Made by a program: the position numbers and the translations under genes
Part shown: positions 8,907 through 24,200 of the stretch, in pieces
How positions within the stretch are numbered: position 1 is the stretch's first letter
Layout of the letters: the number at the start of each line of letters is the position of its first letter
Notes under the pieces: model-generated
The model's database searches: none
What the model was told of the DNA's origin: nothing
The model's input: the letters and a program-made list of their open reading frames with translations, nothing else
DNA from: a virus
Reading direction: 5' to 3' (one strand)
IMG/VR virus record: IMGVR_UViG_3300048694_001005
Location: 64,001-128,000 of that record
DNA length: 64,000 nucleotides

Positions 8907-11900
8907 ATGGCGCTAACAACACGACAAACCAACTTACTAGTAGCTGAGGACTGGACCAAAGTATATCAAAGTTTCAGAAATGCTGATTTCCAGGCCTACG
9001 ACTACGAAACTTTGCGTAAAAGCATGATTGACTATCTGCGCCTATACTATCCCGAAGATTTTAACGATTTTATAGAAAGCAGCGAATATATTGCGCTTAT
9101 AGACCTAATAGCATTTCTGGGTCAAAGTATTGCATTCCGCGCAGATCTAAACGCTCGTGAAAATTTCATAGACACAGCAGAACGTCGTGACAGCATATTG
9201 AGATTGGCTAAACTAGTAAGTTATGTGCCACAACGCAACATCAATGCTGTGGGTCTACTTAAAATTGACACAGTAAGTACTACAGAAGCACTTACAGATA
9301 GTGATGGCGTAGATCTAACTAATGCAAATATATACTGGAACGACAACACTAATGCAAACTGGTACGAGCAATTCGTAACTATAATAAATTCCGCACTAAT
9401 TTCCGGCCAAAGAATAGGTAATCCCGGCAATAGTCAATATCTAACTGGTATAAAAACCGATGAGTATGGCATCAACCTAGCAGCTGGCGGCAGCAACATT
9501 TACAAGTTTAAAAGCACAGTGCAGGGCGTGAGTATGAGTTTTGAGGCAGTAAGCGGCACAAGCATAGGACAAAACTACATATACGAAAGCAGCCCGGCCT
9601 ATAGTTCAGTGTTTAACTTAATTGCTCGTAATGATAACTTAGGCAACGCAAGTAATAACACTGGATTCTTTGTTATGTTCAAACAGGGAACACTACAAAG
9701 CGATACTTTCAACTTAGCAGAAAGCTTGTCAAACAGAGTTTTGTCTGTAAGCTCAGACAATATAAACAATACAGATTACTGGTTATACCAATTAAGTAAC
9801 AGTGGTAATCCCATTACAGAGTGGTTACCAGTGCCCAGTGTAAACGGCACAAACATAGCTTACAATCAAGTTAATGCTACAAATAGAGACATTTTTGAAG
9901 TAGGCACCCGCGCCAATGATCAAGTTGATTTAATTTTTGGTGATGGCACTTTTGCAAATATACCGCAGGGAAACTTCACATTCTATTACAGAACTAGTAA
10001 TAATTTAGACTACAGAATTACTCCTGCCGAAGTAAACAACATTCAAATCAATATTCCCTATACCAGTAAGAGCAACAGGTCTGAAACGTTAACCTTAACC
10101 GTAAGCTTAAAATACACGGTAAGTAATGCTCGTGCTCGTGAAACATTGGCCAGTATTAAAACTAATGCTCCGCAGCAGTACTACACACAAAATCGTATGG
10201 TGAATGGTGAAGACTATAACATTCTGCCATTTACCAAGTTTAGTAATTTAGTAAAAGTCAAAGCTGTAAACAGAACCAGTAGCGGAATTAGTAGATTCTT
10301 AGATGTATTAGATACTACCGGCAAGTACAGCAGCACAAACATATTTTGTCAGGATGGTATTTTGTCCAAAGCTGACACCTTCAAGACTTTTACCTTTGAA
10401 TGGACTACTGTTAGTGACGTTCAACAGGCCATAGAAACTAAGATATTGCCAGTAATAGAAAGTCAAAGCATGAAGAATTTCTATTACTACTATTTTAACA
10501 GATACGCACTTACAAATACTTTTTGGACCGCAGTTACCTTGGGCAATAACAGTTCTACTGGATATTTCCAATCAGGAGGTATACCATGGCAAATAGGTAA
10601 TACTGTAACTGGCAGCAGAGCGCAACTAATACCAGGCGCTATTATTAAATTTTATGCAGGATCTGGCAAGTACTTTGACGCCAATCATGTTATTCAAAAT
10701 GGTACTCCCAGTGCAGAAAATGAATCTCAATACTTGTATAGTGCAGTTCGCACTGTTGACAAGGACGGAACATATACCACTGAGGAATTGAACACTTATG
10801 GCGTAGGTCCTGTGGCATTGAGCGACATTGTGCCTTCAGATGCAGAAGCCGTGGAAGTCATATCTGATTTTGCGGATTCTCTGACTAGTGCCGTACGTCA
10901 AAGTATTGTGGACAATGTTGAACAAAATAAAAACTTTGGCCTGGGTTATGATACTACCGATCATATTTGGTATGTAATTACAGCAGCTAATCTGAACACC
11001 GCCGAAACGTTCAGCGAAACTTACCGAATGGACACAACTAACAGCCATCTTGATAATAGTTGGATTTTAACTTTTACAACCAGTGGTACTAGTCATGTTT
11101 ATACGGTCAAATATCGTGGTATGGACTATTACTTTGAAAGCGAATTAGAAACTAGGTTCTATTTTGATAAAACCCAACGCAGCTATGATGCCAAAGTGGG
11201 TACAGTGGTTAAAGACAATATCAAAATACTAAAAGTAAATAACAAACCAGATTCTAGTTTACCGCTGGTTACCCCGGTCACTGTAGAAATCAATGATAAT
11301 GTAATTGGTCAAGATGGTTATGTTAATAATGAAATAGTCAAAGTTACATTTGCCGATCCTGATAATGATGGTCTCCCAAATAATCCAGATTTCTTTCAAA
11401 CCATTGTTGATCCAACAACAAATCCTGACAGTAAAAAAGTCTACTACGAAATTTTAGCTTCGGGCGATTATGCACCCATAGCTTCTACTGACATAGTATT
11501 AACCTATGCAACATTAGCAGCTATACAGGCTAACAAAACCAAATATGTAGATGGCACACTGTTTTATGCTAGTACTGATGACAAATTTTATACTCTAAGC
11601 GTAAACGGTTCAGTTCGCACCGTGTCGCAAGTTACCAATTATGCTTACAGAACTGGCAGACAAAACATTTATTTTCAATATAGACACAATAGTCCAAACA
11701 ACAGACGTATTGACCCTGCCCCAAACAATATAATTGATCTTTATTTGTTGACGAAAACTTATAGCGATGATTATTATGCGTGGTTAGCCGATGTAACTGG
11801 TTCGGTAATGGAACCAGAAGAACCCAGTAGTGAAGATTTGCGACTGAACTTTCAGGAATTAGAAAGCTATAAAATGATTAGTGACACCATCATTTACAAT

Positions 11901-12281
11901 ACTGCGAAGTTTAGACCTTTGTTTGGTACTAAAGCAGAAACAGCATTACAGGCCAAATTTAAAATAGTTAAAAACCCTATTACTAATATCAGTGACACTG
12001 AAATTAAAAGCCGTGTGTTGACTGCGTTGAATACGTATTTTAGCATAGACAACTGGGATTTCGGTGAGACTTTTTATTTTACTGAACTCAGCGCCTATCT
12101 GCACACTAGTTTAGCGACATATATCAGTAGTGTGATATTAGTGCCACAAGATGTGAATCAACAGTTTGGTGACTTATTCCAAGTAAATGCTAACATAGAT
12201 GAGATCTTTGTAAATTCAGCAACTGCTGCTGATATTGAAATTATTTCTGCAATTACAGCAGCGCAACTTAATCAGGTTTAG
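8907..12281 (+). CDS. gp6: Baseplate wedge subunit gp6-like
   Basis: DFQAYDYETLRKSMIDYL, ENFIDTAERRDSILRLAKLVSY, FGDG, ET..IK.NAP..YYTQNRMVN.EDY baseplate J/gp6 motifs; follows gp25. Confidence 0.85.
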   Translation: MALTTRQTNLLVAEDWTKVYQSFRNADFQAYDYETLRKSMIDYLRLYYPEDFNDFIESSEYIALIDLIAFLGQSIAFRADLNARENFIDTAERRDSILRLAKLVSYVPQRNINAVGLLKIDTVSTTEALTDSDGVDLTNANIYWNDNTNANWYEQFVTIINSALISGQRIGNPGNSQYLTGIKTDEYGINLAAGGSNIYKFKSTVQGVSMSFEAVSGTSIGQNYIYESSPAYSSVFNLIARNDNLGNASNNTGFFVMFKQGTLQSDTFNLAESLSNRVLSVSSDNINNTDYWLYQLSNSGNPITEWLPVPSVNGTNIAYNQVNATNRDIFEVGTRANDQVDLIFGDGTFANIPQGNFTFYYRTSNNLDYRITPAEVNNIQINIPYTSKSNRSETLTLTVSLKYTVSNARARETLASIKTNAPQQYYTQNRMVNGEDYNILPFTKFSNLVKVKAVNRTSSGISRFLDVLDTTGKYSSTNIFCQDGILSKADTFKTFTFEWTTVSDVQQAIETKILPVIESQSMKNFYYYYFNRYALTNTFWTAVTLGNNSSTGYFQSGGIPWQIGNTVTGSRAQLIPGAIIKFYAGSGKYFDANHVIQNGTPSAENESQYLYSAVRTVDKDGTYTTEELNTYGVGPVALSDIVPSDAEAVEVISDFADSLTSAVRQSIVDNVEQNKNFGLGYDTTDHIWYVITAANLNTAETFSETYRMDTTNSHLDNSWILTFTTSGTSHVYTVKYRGMDYYFESELETRFYFDKTQRSYDAKVGTVVKDNIKILKVNNKPDSSLPLVTPVTVEINDNVIGQDGYVNNEIVKVTFADPDNDGLPNNPDFFQTIVDPTTNPDSKKVYYEILASGDYAPIASTDIVLTYATLAAIQANKTKYVDGTLFYASTDDKFYTLSVNGSVRTVSQVTNYAYRTGRQNIYFQYRHNSPNNRRIDPAPNNIIDLYLLTKTYSDDYYAWLADVTGSVMEPEEPSSEDLRLNFQELESYKMISDTIIYNTAKFRPLFGTKAETALQAKFKIVKNPITNISDTEIKSRVLTALNTYFSIDNWDFGETFYFTELSAYLHTSLATYISSVILVPQDVNQQFGDLFQVNANIDEIFVNSATAADIEIISAITAAQLNQV

Positions 12282-12283
12282 AG

Positions 12284-15200
12284 ATGCCAATTAGAACATT
12301 AAATTTGCTACCAAAAGTCTTTCAAACAGACCACAACAAGAAGTTTTTAAACGCAACGTTGGATCAGTTAACGACTGAACCTAATTTTGCACGTTTGAAT
12401 GGGTATGTAGGTAAAAAAACTAGTCCGGCATTTATTCCTACAGACAATTATGTAATAGAGCCTGCGCTTAATAGACAGCAATATCAATTAGAGCCCAGTG
12501 TTGTGGTTAAAGAACCCAACAAGGATGCATTCATAGCCAACTACAATGACATGGTCAATGCTGTCAATTTTGCTGGCGGTGATAATATTGATCATAATAA
12601 ATTATTCGCAAACAAATACTACAGTTATGATGGTTTATTTGATTTTGATAAGTTAGTAAACTACAATCAATATTATTGGTTACCAAATGGTTTGGATCCT
12701 GTTGTAGTAAGCACAGGTGACATCGCCACAGCAGCACAGTATACCATAACTAGAGATTCTGTGGATGATGCTTATAAAATCACCGACTATGTCCAGCTAA
12801 ATCCATTGTTGGTATTGGCACGAGGCGGTACATACACTTTTACAGTTAACCAAACATCGCAGTTTTATATTCAAGCTGCACCTGGAACTGCGGGCGAATA
12901 CCCATTCCAAACTAATATTAGCGCAAGAGAAGTATACGGAGTTACTAACAATGGCGCAGATAATGGCACCGTGACATTTGTAGTGCCGCAACGTAGTGCA
13001 CAGGACTGGATACTGGATTTGCCAGAGCAGGACAGTGTTAACTATGCAACTACACTAAATTATGCACAAATCCAGGGCGCAAATTTTGACAGTTTCATTA
13101 ATACCTATGGCGGTATAGATGGAGTAAAAGATCTCAATAACAAAGTAATCGTATTTGTTAACCCCAGTAGCAATGATGCTGATTGGTATGATCCTTATAC
13201 CGATTCAATTATACCAACGGCAAAAAGAGCAAACACTTTCATTGTTAGAGTAGATACAACAGGCTCGGCGCCAACATTGCGTGTAGAGGAATATATTCTA
13301 GTTGGTGCAAACTATAAATTTAAAGTTTTGGGCGGAAATGATTATGGTTATAGATATTTCTATAAAGAACCGGTGCATCTACAACTTGAACTATTGCCAC
13401 CAGTTACAGCAAATATAGATACACTGTACTATCAGGACAGCACCAACACAAACATGTTGGGTCTTATCAAACTAATTGATACGCAAATTGATACGCCTAT
13501 CAATGTAGATACTGACATCGTTGGGCAAAAGAATTACACTAGCCCAAATAATGTTGTGTTCACAAACGGATTACGTGTGCAATTTGACACTACAGCAACT
13601 CCACCCAGTTATCAACTAAAAGAATATTATGTGGAGGGCGTGGGAGATGCAATACGTTTGGTTCCAGTCTCTGAATTAATTGTGCCGGAAACTTGGATTC
13701 CCAGTGCTGCGGTGCCCTGGGATAGTAATAAATGGGATAGCCAGCCCTGGGATCCTAATGTTAGTTTAGGACCCACACAACCAGATTACTTTACCATTAA
13801 TAGAGCTAGCCGTGATAGAAACTCATGGAGCAGAACCAACCGTTGGTTCCACATTGATGTTATTAATGCAGTAGCCGAATATAATAATTACACGCCAACT
13901 ATTGATAAAAATGCTAATGCAAAACGACCCATTATAGAATTTAACTATGATGTTCAACTTTACAATAGTGGCAGTGTATTCAAACAAGCGATAAATGCAT
14001 TTGATACGGTAACTACGGATGCATTTAGTCATGTTGAGGGCAGCAGTGGATACGCCATAGATGGCATAACATTGACCAATGGTATGTTCGTAGTTTTTGC
14101 GGCCGAGACTGATGAAAATGTAAGAAACAAAGTGTATAAGGTAAACATTGTTGATCCCAGTGGTGATGGCAGCTCTATTACACATTTAACCCTAGTTGAA
14201 CATGCTCAAGTATTAGCAAAAGAAGGGCTATTAGTACGTCAAGGCACAAACTATCAAGGAAAAATGGTTTGGTTCGATGGCACGGCCTGGCACACGGCAC
14301 AACAAAAGTTAGGAGTCAATCAGTCGCCATTGTTTGATGTATTTGACGACAGCGGAATAAGCTACAGTGATACTAGTAAATATCCTTCAACCACATTTGC
14401 CGGCAATAAGATATTCAGCTATAGGCCTGGTAATGGCAAAAACGACATTAATTTAGGATTGGCACTAACTTATAAGTCTATTGCAAATATTGGTGACATA
14501 GTTTTTGATAACAATCTTGACGCAGAAAGTTTTGCGTATACCTTAGATAATACAGTAAAAACCATACAACTATTTGATGGCAAACTACATGTAAACAATT
14601 CTTTGACCAACTACACGCAAAAAACAGTTTGGACACCGGTCTTTGAGGACAGTAAACAGTTCCAGCATTTGGAATATCTAGCTGAACAAGGACAAACAGA
14701 ATTTTTAGTGTATAGTTTTGGCGATCCCAGTAATTATGTAAACAACTTTAAACTTTTTGTCAACAACAAGTTTGTTAACTCAGATAATTATGTATTTGAA
14801 ACTATTCATGACAGAGCTTATATAATTCTAACCAGTGCTCTTAGTTTGAACGACAAAGTAGATATTTTTGTTTACGCAAGTACACAAACAATACCAAATG
14901 CCTATTACGAAATTCCTAAAAACTTAGAAGTAAATGCGTTAAATGCAGTGGCATCAACATTTACACTGGGACAACTACGTAGACATATTGGACAAATCTA
15001 TCAAAACAGTAAACAAGTAACAGGTTCGTATCTTGGCAGCAGTAATTTACGTGACTTGCCTAAAATTAAAGACATAGGTGGTACCTTACTGCAACACAGT
15101 GCAAGTGTTGTACCGGCTGCGCTATTCATGACGCATCCGGACGCTAACCTAATTGACGCCATAAACAATGCTGCTAGAGAATATACCCGCTTTAAGAATA

Positions 15201-18200
15201 AGGTACTGGACCAAGCATTAAAATTGGACCTGACAAAATCTTTAACTGTGCCACAAATGTTGGATGAAATATTGGGCACAATAAACGCGGTTAAAACCAA
15301 GGACTTTGCATGGTATTATAGTGATATGCTGGCTTATGGTGAGGACAGCGTTGAGAATGTAACGACGATCACAATTGAAAATGATGCGCAGTTAGAATAT
15401 GACCTATATACTAAATTTGACTTAACACAGCCCAGTCGGCGTGGAGTTTGTGTTTATGTTAATGACAATCAATTAGTACATGGAATTGACTATACGTTTT
15501 TAACAATTAGACCTGCGATAGCATTGACGGCCGGTACTATTGCAACGTATGATGTCCTCAAAATTGTCGAATATAATACAACTAACGGCTCATATATACC
15601 AGAAACTCCAACTAAACTAGGACTATGGCCCAGCAAGAGCCCAAGATTATACACCGATGACACATTTGTTACGGAAACTCTATGCATTGAAGGTCATGAT
15701 GGTAGTATTATACCTGCATTTGGTGATTTCCGCGATGACATTTTGTTAGAATTTGAAAAACGTATCTATAACAATTTAAAAGTACAGTGGAATTTAAACA
15801 AGTTATCAGTATTTGACGTAAAATCTGGTGCTTTCAGAACAACTGATTACAGCAGAGATCAATACAACAATATACTGTCGCAATTTTTCAATGCCTGGGC
15901 CAGCAAATATGGGCTAGATTACACTACCAACGACACATTCTTAAGTAACAACAGTTTTACATGGAATTATAAGAAGCTAAGTGATCGTGTGTTTGGAGAA
16001 CTATTACAGGGTGGTTGGCGCGCAATATTTGATCATTTCTATGATACCATGCGTCCACATACGCATCCTTGGGAAATGTTGGGTTTTGATCAAAAACCCA
16101 GCTGGTGGCAACAGCGTTATGGCGCCGCACCCTATACAAGTGGTAACTTAGTTTTGTGGGAAGATTTGCGCGATGGCAGAATATTTACTGGCGATCGTGC
16201 TGGCATAGATGCAAGATTTGCAAGACCAGATCTGCTAGATATTATACCCACGGATGAATATGGTGAATTAAGACCGCCAGTTGAAATTTTTGTTAAAGCA
16301 TTTGACAGCAGAAAAACAAAAATAAGTTGGGCATTTGGTGACATTGGCCCAGTAGAAGCTGCATGGCGTCGCAGTAGTGAATTTGCATTTGCTAGCCAAG
16401 CGGCTATGTCCGTTGCTAAACCCGCAAAATACTTTGGACTGTTTATTGATAACGACAAATACTTGTATGATGCCGCTATTAATGAATTCACATTTAATGG
16501 TTTGAACCGACGTTTACAGGTTTCTGACTACGTATTGAATAGTGAAACTGTAGATACTGAAATTGTATCCAAGGCCAGTTACCTTAATTGGATTATAGAT
16601 AGACTAAACGGCCAAGGTGTCAATGGCGTTGATAGAATAAGATCTTTGATCGACAATTTAACAGTAAATTTAACCTATGCATTTGCTGGATATACTGGCC
16701 CAGCAATGTTGAATTCTTTTGCAGAACAGGCCAGCCCTAACAGTGTGGGTAAAAGTATTTTAGTGCCGGAAGAGAATCAGTCAATAGTAATTAAAAAATC
16801 TGTGCCCTTATTGAAAATTGTTTATAGTGCAGTAATTATAGAGCGTACAGGAACTGGATTTAAAGTACAGGGTTACGATATAGCTGAACCTTATTTTACT
16901 ATTATACCTAGCCTGGCTAATAGCAACAGCACTACAATAACGGTTATGGGCAATACTGCTACGGTTTACAACGACTATGATGCAGTAAAAACTACAATTC
17001 CTTATGGCACAGAGTTTGTTAACAAACAACAAGTCGTAGATTTCCTAATCAGCTACAACAGATATTTGGTTTCGCAAGGCATACGTTTTAATGAATACGA
17101 AGGTGACTTGGGTGCAAATAGAGACTTTATACTATCGGCCCAAGAATTTTTAAACTGGAGCCAACAGGGTTGGGATAGTCAAACCGTAATAGTATTAAAC
17201 CCATTGGCTAATAAAGTATTTTTGACTAGGCCCGGATATGTAGTGGATGAAATAAACGGCAGTCAAGTAGGCGCCAGCCGTGTGTTAGATCAGAACTTTA
17301 ACTACCTACGTGATGATCAGTTTAATGTAGTACGCATCAACAACAGTTTTACAATAAATGCTGTCAATAGCAATTTGGCCTTAGTTGAAATGAATTTAGT
17401 TCAATATGAACATGCCATTGTTTACGATAACAGGACGATTTTTAATGACGTTATTTACGAACCAGAAACTGGTAATAGACAGTTACGCATCAAACTGGTA
17501 GGATACAAAACTAGAGAGTGGGACGGTTCAGTTTATGCGCCGGGATTTATTTACAACAGTACAAATGTTGACGCATGGACTGCTGGTGTTGACTACAAAG
17601 CTGGTGCGTTGGTAGAATATAAGAATCAATATTATACTGCACTAATGGATGTAGCAGCAGAGAATGTGTTTGAGTTTAATAAGTGGCAGATAATAGACAA
17701 AAATAAGATAAAGACGGGATTGCTGCCTAATTTCAGCAATCTAGCTGGTCGTAGTGAACGCTTTTATGACATAACAAATGCTAACTTTGAAAGTAGTATA
17801 GACCTATACAGTAAAGGTTTAATAGGATTTAGACCGCGCAGTTACTTAACGGAGCTGGGCATTGATGACATTAGCCAAGTGAAGTTTTACCAAGGATATA
17901 TTAGAGAAAAAGGTACCAACAGCGCATTGAATGCGTTGTTAGGCGCAAAGTTTGATAGATTTACTACCGAGATAGATGCTTATGAGAACTGGGCTATTAG
18001 AGTTGGAGAATTTGGTGCAATAGACAGCACTCAGGTATTGGAACTTGTTCTAACAGAAAATAATTTTGCGGCTAATCCCAGTTTCCTATCATTATTAAAT
18101 GATGGTGATACTGCTGAATCTGGGACAACAGGTTACAGCCCAAATGCGGTTGGTGATGGTAAGATTGTAATTGTTCCTAAGAATTACACCAAGAATCTGT

Positions 18201-21200
18201 TTTTAACAACTACGGACAAGTTAAACGTCGAGGAAGAATTACTTACGGCTGGCTATTTGAAAACAACACATGCCGATACTTTCATATTTGATCTTACTAA
18301 TATCAACGCCGATAGCCCCGCTACATTAATAGATCCTATTGGGTCTGGGCACAAAATTTGGGTAGCAAAAAAGAACAATAAGGACTGGACACTACTTAGA
18401 GCAGAACAAACGCAAGTTCAAGTTATTAACATAACTAATGCGTTAGACAACACATTGGCAGTAAAAACAAGCGATAGGCACAATCTTGCTATAAACGATT
18501 ACATTGTTATTAAGAACTTTGACATAAACTTTAACTTTATCTATCGCGTCAAAGAAATACTAGATCTTAAAACCTTCAAAGTTGATGCTAATACAACATT
18601 AACTTCTAATCTTTCTGGGTTCAACAGTTTAGATGGTACTGGTGTCTTGTACAAGTTAAGTACTGTTCGTTTCAACACAGTCTCTGACTGGGCTGCATAC
18701 ACCCCAAGAGAAGGTTGGCAAACTGATGATGTCGCAGCCATAGATCACTGGGGACCAAACTATGTGGACTGGGCAGTATTTAAGAAACGCGATATCTGGA
18801 GCAAAAATCAAACGTTAGATGCTTGGGATGCTAGCACCAATCAAAACTACGGTTCTAGTGTTGCCTTCGTGAACACGGGTGATTATATGCTTGTGGGTGC
18901 ACCAGCAGAAGGCACCGGTAAAGTTTTTGTTTACATCAAAGATAGTAATGGCCAATATCAACATTTAACATCTATTACACAAAGCACAGCCAACTTGTCC
19001 GGCTTTGGTACGACATTAACCGGCAGCAATGCAGATTATTTTGCAGTAGGTTGCCCAACCAGTGACACTAACACTGGATTTGTTTACATATACAAGATCA
19101 ACACTAGTTTAGGAACAGTGTCTTTGGTGGGTTCTGTAAAGACCGGACCCAGCACAGGTTCTTATTTAGGACAAAGTTTAAGCTTTAGTAAAGATGGCCT
19201 ATGGCTATATGTGGGCGCACCCGGTGTTAACCGAGTTTATATTTGGGGGCGTAGCTCAACAACATTTTATCAGGTTGGAACGTATATAACACCTGCTGAT
19301 ATAGGTGCTGGCGATCAATTTGGTTACAGCGTAAGTTGTAGCACCGATGGCGCACAAGTCTTAGTTGGTGCACCATTTAATGACACTGGTAGCACAGACG
19401 CCGGTGCGGTCTACATTTATGATAGAAGCATAGAATCATTTGTGGGAGATGGATCCACTACTGTTTACACTTTATTGCGCAGCCCTGATACCAATATCAA
19501 ACTGTCAACGGTTGAGGGTGTAGTTCAAACAGGCGAGACTTACACTGGCAGCGGTAACAAAACAGTTACATTCTCAACAGCGCCCGGTAACGGTAGTTTG
19601 ATAAAAATTGCTTCAAACAATTTCCAATTGTTAAAGAAATTAACCACACCCGTCACACAGTCGCAACAGCAGTTTGGCACTAGTACCGTATTATGTCCTT
19701 TTGATTGTACCGCTTATGTAGGTGCACCTTTAGTCGACAGCGCCAATAGCGTACAAAATGCTGGTGCTGTGTACAGATATACCAACATGGGACGTTTGTA
19801 TGGTAAAGCAACGGGAACAGTTACTAACCCAGCAGTAACCATAGGTCATGGTATACGAATAAATGACTTTGACGTTGTGTTTACAGGCACAAGTTTAACC
19901 AGCGTGGTCAACGATATTAACAATAAAGCTATTCCAGGTATTGGGGCCAGCGCAGTTAATAATCAATTGTATATTGAATGCGATATTGTTTTAGTGGCAG
20001 ACAAGTTAAGAATATTGCCAGGATCAGGAACTGCACTAACAGATCTTGGATTAGACGTATTTAAAAATACTCAAACTATAAGTAATCCTAATCCTATCGC
20101 TGATGATCAGTTTGGTACAGTTTTGGCTATAAGTGATGATGCGTTGAAGTTGGCGATTGGCAGTGCATTGGAAACATCTATAGAAACTACTAGCTTTGAC
20201 GGCAACACTACAACATTTGATTTAGGTAGTTTAAAGTTCGTTGATCAAGTTGGTCAAAGTGGTGCAGTGCTGGTGTACGAATATGTCAGCGATAGAATTG
20301 ATAATGACAGCTCTCCAGGTTCTTTTATATTAGATCGTTATTTAGAACCGGGCAATCTGCAGTTAGCTAATAAATTTGGCAGCAGTGTGGCTATGAATGG
20401 CAGTTATATCGCAGTAGGTGCAATAGGCGACGACAAGTTTGGCAGTAATTATGGTGCCATGTATGTGTTCGCAGCAGCTAAATCCACGGCATGGTATGTA
20501 GATGGACAAGCTGTGCCCCGGGTCAACACCGACGCAATTAATAGGCTGTTCCTATATGACAGCGTTACACATACTAAACTAGTTGATCTAGAACTAATCG
20601 ACCCAGTCAAAGTCAAAGTACCAGGTAATGCTATAAGTCAAATAGATTTTGTAGAAGATTTAGATCCTGCCGTATATGGAGATACCGCAGCTAGTATCAA
20701 TGAAATCTGGGGCAGTATGCAAGTGGGCAAGGTATGGTGGAATACCGACAAAGTTCGTTACTTAGACTATGAGCAGGGAGATTTTCAGTATCGCAGCACA
20801 CATTGGGGCGATACTTTCCCTGGCAGCGAAATTGAAATCTGTGAGTGGACACGCAGTTCAGTGCTACCTAGCTCATATGTGGCTGTGAATGGCAATAACT
20901 TTGACGGCTATCCAGTATTTGGTGATGCGCGAGTAGTAACTGAAACAAGAACTGATGCAGCAACTGGTTTAACAATGACCAATTACTACTATTGGGTACG
21001 CAGGAAAACTACGGTTAATACTAATAGTGGCAGAACTCTTACTATTTCTGCAGTTGAAGATTTAATAACAGACCCCAAAGCTCAAGGACTAGCCTATGCT
21101 GTGGTGTTGTCAAATAACAGCATTGGTCTCTACAATACAGCAACATATCTAAATGCAAGCAATACCTTGCTACATGTGGACTATGATGTACAACTTAACA

Positions 21201-24200
21201 CCGACGTTATACATGCAGAATACGACCTAGTACAGGAAAATAACCCACGCAGCCGCCCAGCAGACTCCCTGCTGAGCAAATTAATTGATAGTTTGTCTGG
21301 GCAAGATGCCATGGGTAAAGAAGTGCCGGATACTAATCTGTATGGTACATTAAAATACGGAATAGAGAACAGGCCACGTCAGGGAATGTTTGTTAATCGT
21401 TTGACGGCATTGAAAGTCATGCTGTTAAAGGTAAATGAGATCTTTAGTTCATACAAACTGGTAGAAATATATGACACAGATAGGCTCAAAATAGCTGAAC
21501 CTGCACCTAGTGCAGTAAGTGGGGCATGGGACGAGTCTGTGGCAAACTTAACTGAACTAAGTTACATCAATACCTCAACATTAACTCCTGGTTATAAAGT
21601 TCTGGTGGAAAATGACAGCAACTATTACAACGGTTGGTCAATCCATACCTACAGCGGGGGATGGTCGGTAACCAGTCATCAGTCTTACAATTTAAATAGA
21701 TTCTGGCAATATGTTGACTATGTGGCCAGCAGTTACGATGCATCCAAGCTGCCTAAATACACTGTAGAAAACAAATATGATCTGCTTAAAAATCAATATG
21801 TGTTGAATGACACAGTAAAGATCATGGACAATGGATCCGGCAGATACGAGATCATCAAATATGTAAACGATGACACTGGTAATCTAATTACTGAAACCCT
21901 AGTTTTAGAAAACGGTACAGTAAACTTTACCAATGAACTTTATACTCAAGCTTTAGTAAATGACGGCAGTACACTAAGCCAAACTTACAGTAAAGAGCTG
22001 CGTAATTTGTTTGAACTTTTGTTTAACGATCTATTCACAAATGAATTGGAAAAACATGTAAACGAATTGTTCTTTGTGGCTATACGATATATTCTACGCG
22101 AGCAGAAGAATGTGGATTGGCTGTTTAAGACCAGCTTAATAGACATCAAACACTACTTTAGAAAGCTGGAACAGCAAAGTGTTTATTTGAAAGACAATCA
22201 AACATTCTTACTAGATTACATTACAGAAACCAAACCCTATCATACCAAAATACGTGAATACTTAATCAACTATACCGGATTAGATGATTGGGCTGGAGAT
22301 CCTTCTGACTTTGATTTGCCTGCTTATTATGACGGTGATTTATCTGTATTTAGAAGTCCCAGCGGAGAAAAATCCACAGATGCTAACAAACTAGAAACAG
22401 ATTTGCATTATAGAATGTGGAATCTTAACCATGGGTATGGTGTTGATAGTGTAATGATAGAAAACGCAGGTGTGAATTACCTTGTAGCACCAGATATCAA
22501 TATCATTGCTGCGACGGGAGACACGGGTAGTGGTGCCAAAGCTTATGCATTGGTAAGCGGTGGCAAATTACGTGAAATTATTGTGACAGATCCTGGCAAA
22601 AATTATACAAAGACACCTACTGTAGAAGTTGTTGCAAATGATTCGGGCACTAGCGGCAAACTATATGCTCAGTTGGGTAACAAAACCATTAGGAAATGGA
22701 ACACTACAATACGCTTTGATCGTTATACCTATGGCACCGCAGTTCTTACTTGGGCAGCAAGTACATATTATCTGCAGGGTCAATACATAGCACACAATCA
22801 TGTTTTATATAAAGTAGAAGTAGCTGACGGTAGCAGTGCAGGCTTTACCAGTAGCACAACTTTTGACACCGATAACTTGGTGAAAATTTCCAATCAAGAT
22901 TTGGCTGCTTTGATGGATGGCGACTTTGGCAGTGCTAATGACAGGATAACTGCATACTACCAGCCTCGTGATGGCATGCCGGGACAGGATCTCGCTCAGG
23001 TACAAACTGGTATTGATTATCCTGGCGTAATAGTGGATGCACAAAACTTTACCGATTTGCCAACCAACTATCCTACAATTGCCAGCGGATTAGATGACAC
23101 AGTTATTACTAGCCAGTTTACAGATACTGATCTAGGCACTAGGGCAGAGGATATTCTAGTTGATGGTAAAGCATTTATAGACGTTTACTCTAGCCATGCA
23201 CCACAAGAATTAATTCCCGGTAGAATGTATGACACTCTGAATATGCAAGTGCATACAGTGCCGCGTACTGATTACAATTACATAATAAAAACGTGGGCAG
23301 CTTATAGCTATTACGCCAAAGGTGATTACATAAAATACGGTACACAGTTATATCAAGCTCTGTTTGCATATACAACTGGTGCTGCATTTTCAATATATGG
23401 GCCAGATGGCAGCACTATTGCATTAACAGCTCGCGATCCATTAACTGCTGGGGCCGGACCAGAAATAACTAACCTAAGCTTTACTGCTGACGGAACTACT
23501 ACCCAGTTCAGTTTCCGTGAAGTTGGACACAGTGATGATGTATTGTTTGTGTATACAAAAAATCGCGGATTACAAAAAGAGAACACAGATTTTACAGTTA
23601 ACTACAATGATAAATCAATCAATTTTGCTATCGCACCATTAGCTAACGAAACAGTGTTTATATCGGTACAAAGTCATGGTGGTAACTTCTTGTTGTATGA
23701 TAAGACTTACCAAATTCTAGCAGCTACAACACAAATAATTCTGCCAACTTATGATAACTTGGTACAGGATCTACTAGTTTTTGTTAACGGTCAACGTGTA
23801 TTTGAAGGCACAGCATCAAATCAGTTTACACATGCGGTAAGCAACAATCTGTACAATATACAGTTTAACACGGCATTGGTGTCTGGTGACTATGTGCATG
23901 TTTATGTCTATAGTCAACCACAAACCTATAGAGAAATACACAATACATACCAGAGTTTTGACACGCTACCATCAGTTAGCTATCCAACTGACTATACAAT
24001 AACCTTAGACAGACCACTGAAAACCAGTGGGCCCTATCATGCCAATATTATAGTGTTAGTTAATAATAACAGACTGCGTACACCAGAAAATACCTATCTG
24101 ACCGGCGATGGCAGCACTATAACATTTACGCCCAACTATGTAGCAGACATCAATGGTGCCACGGTGGACGGAAACGACATAGAAGTATATGTAAATGGAC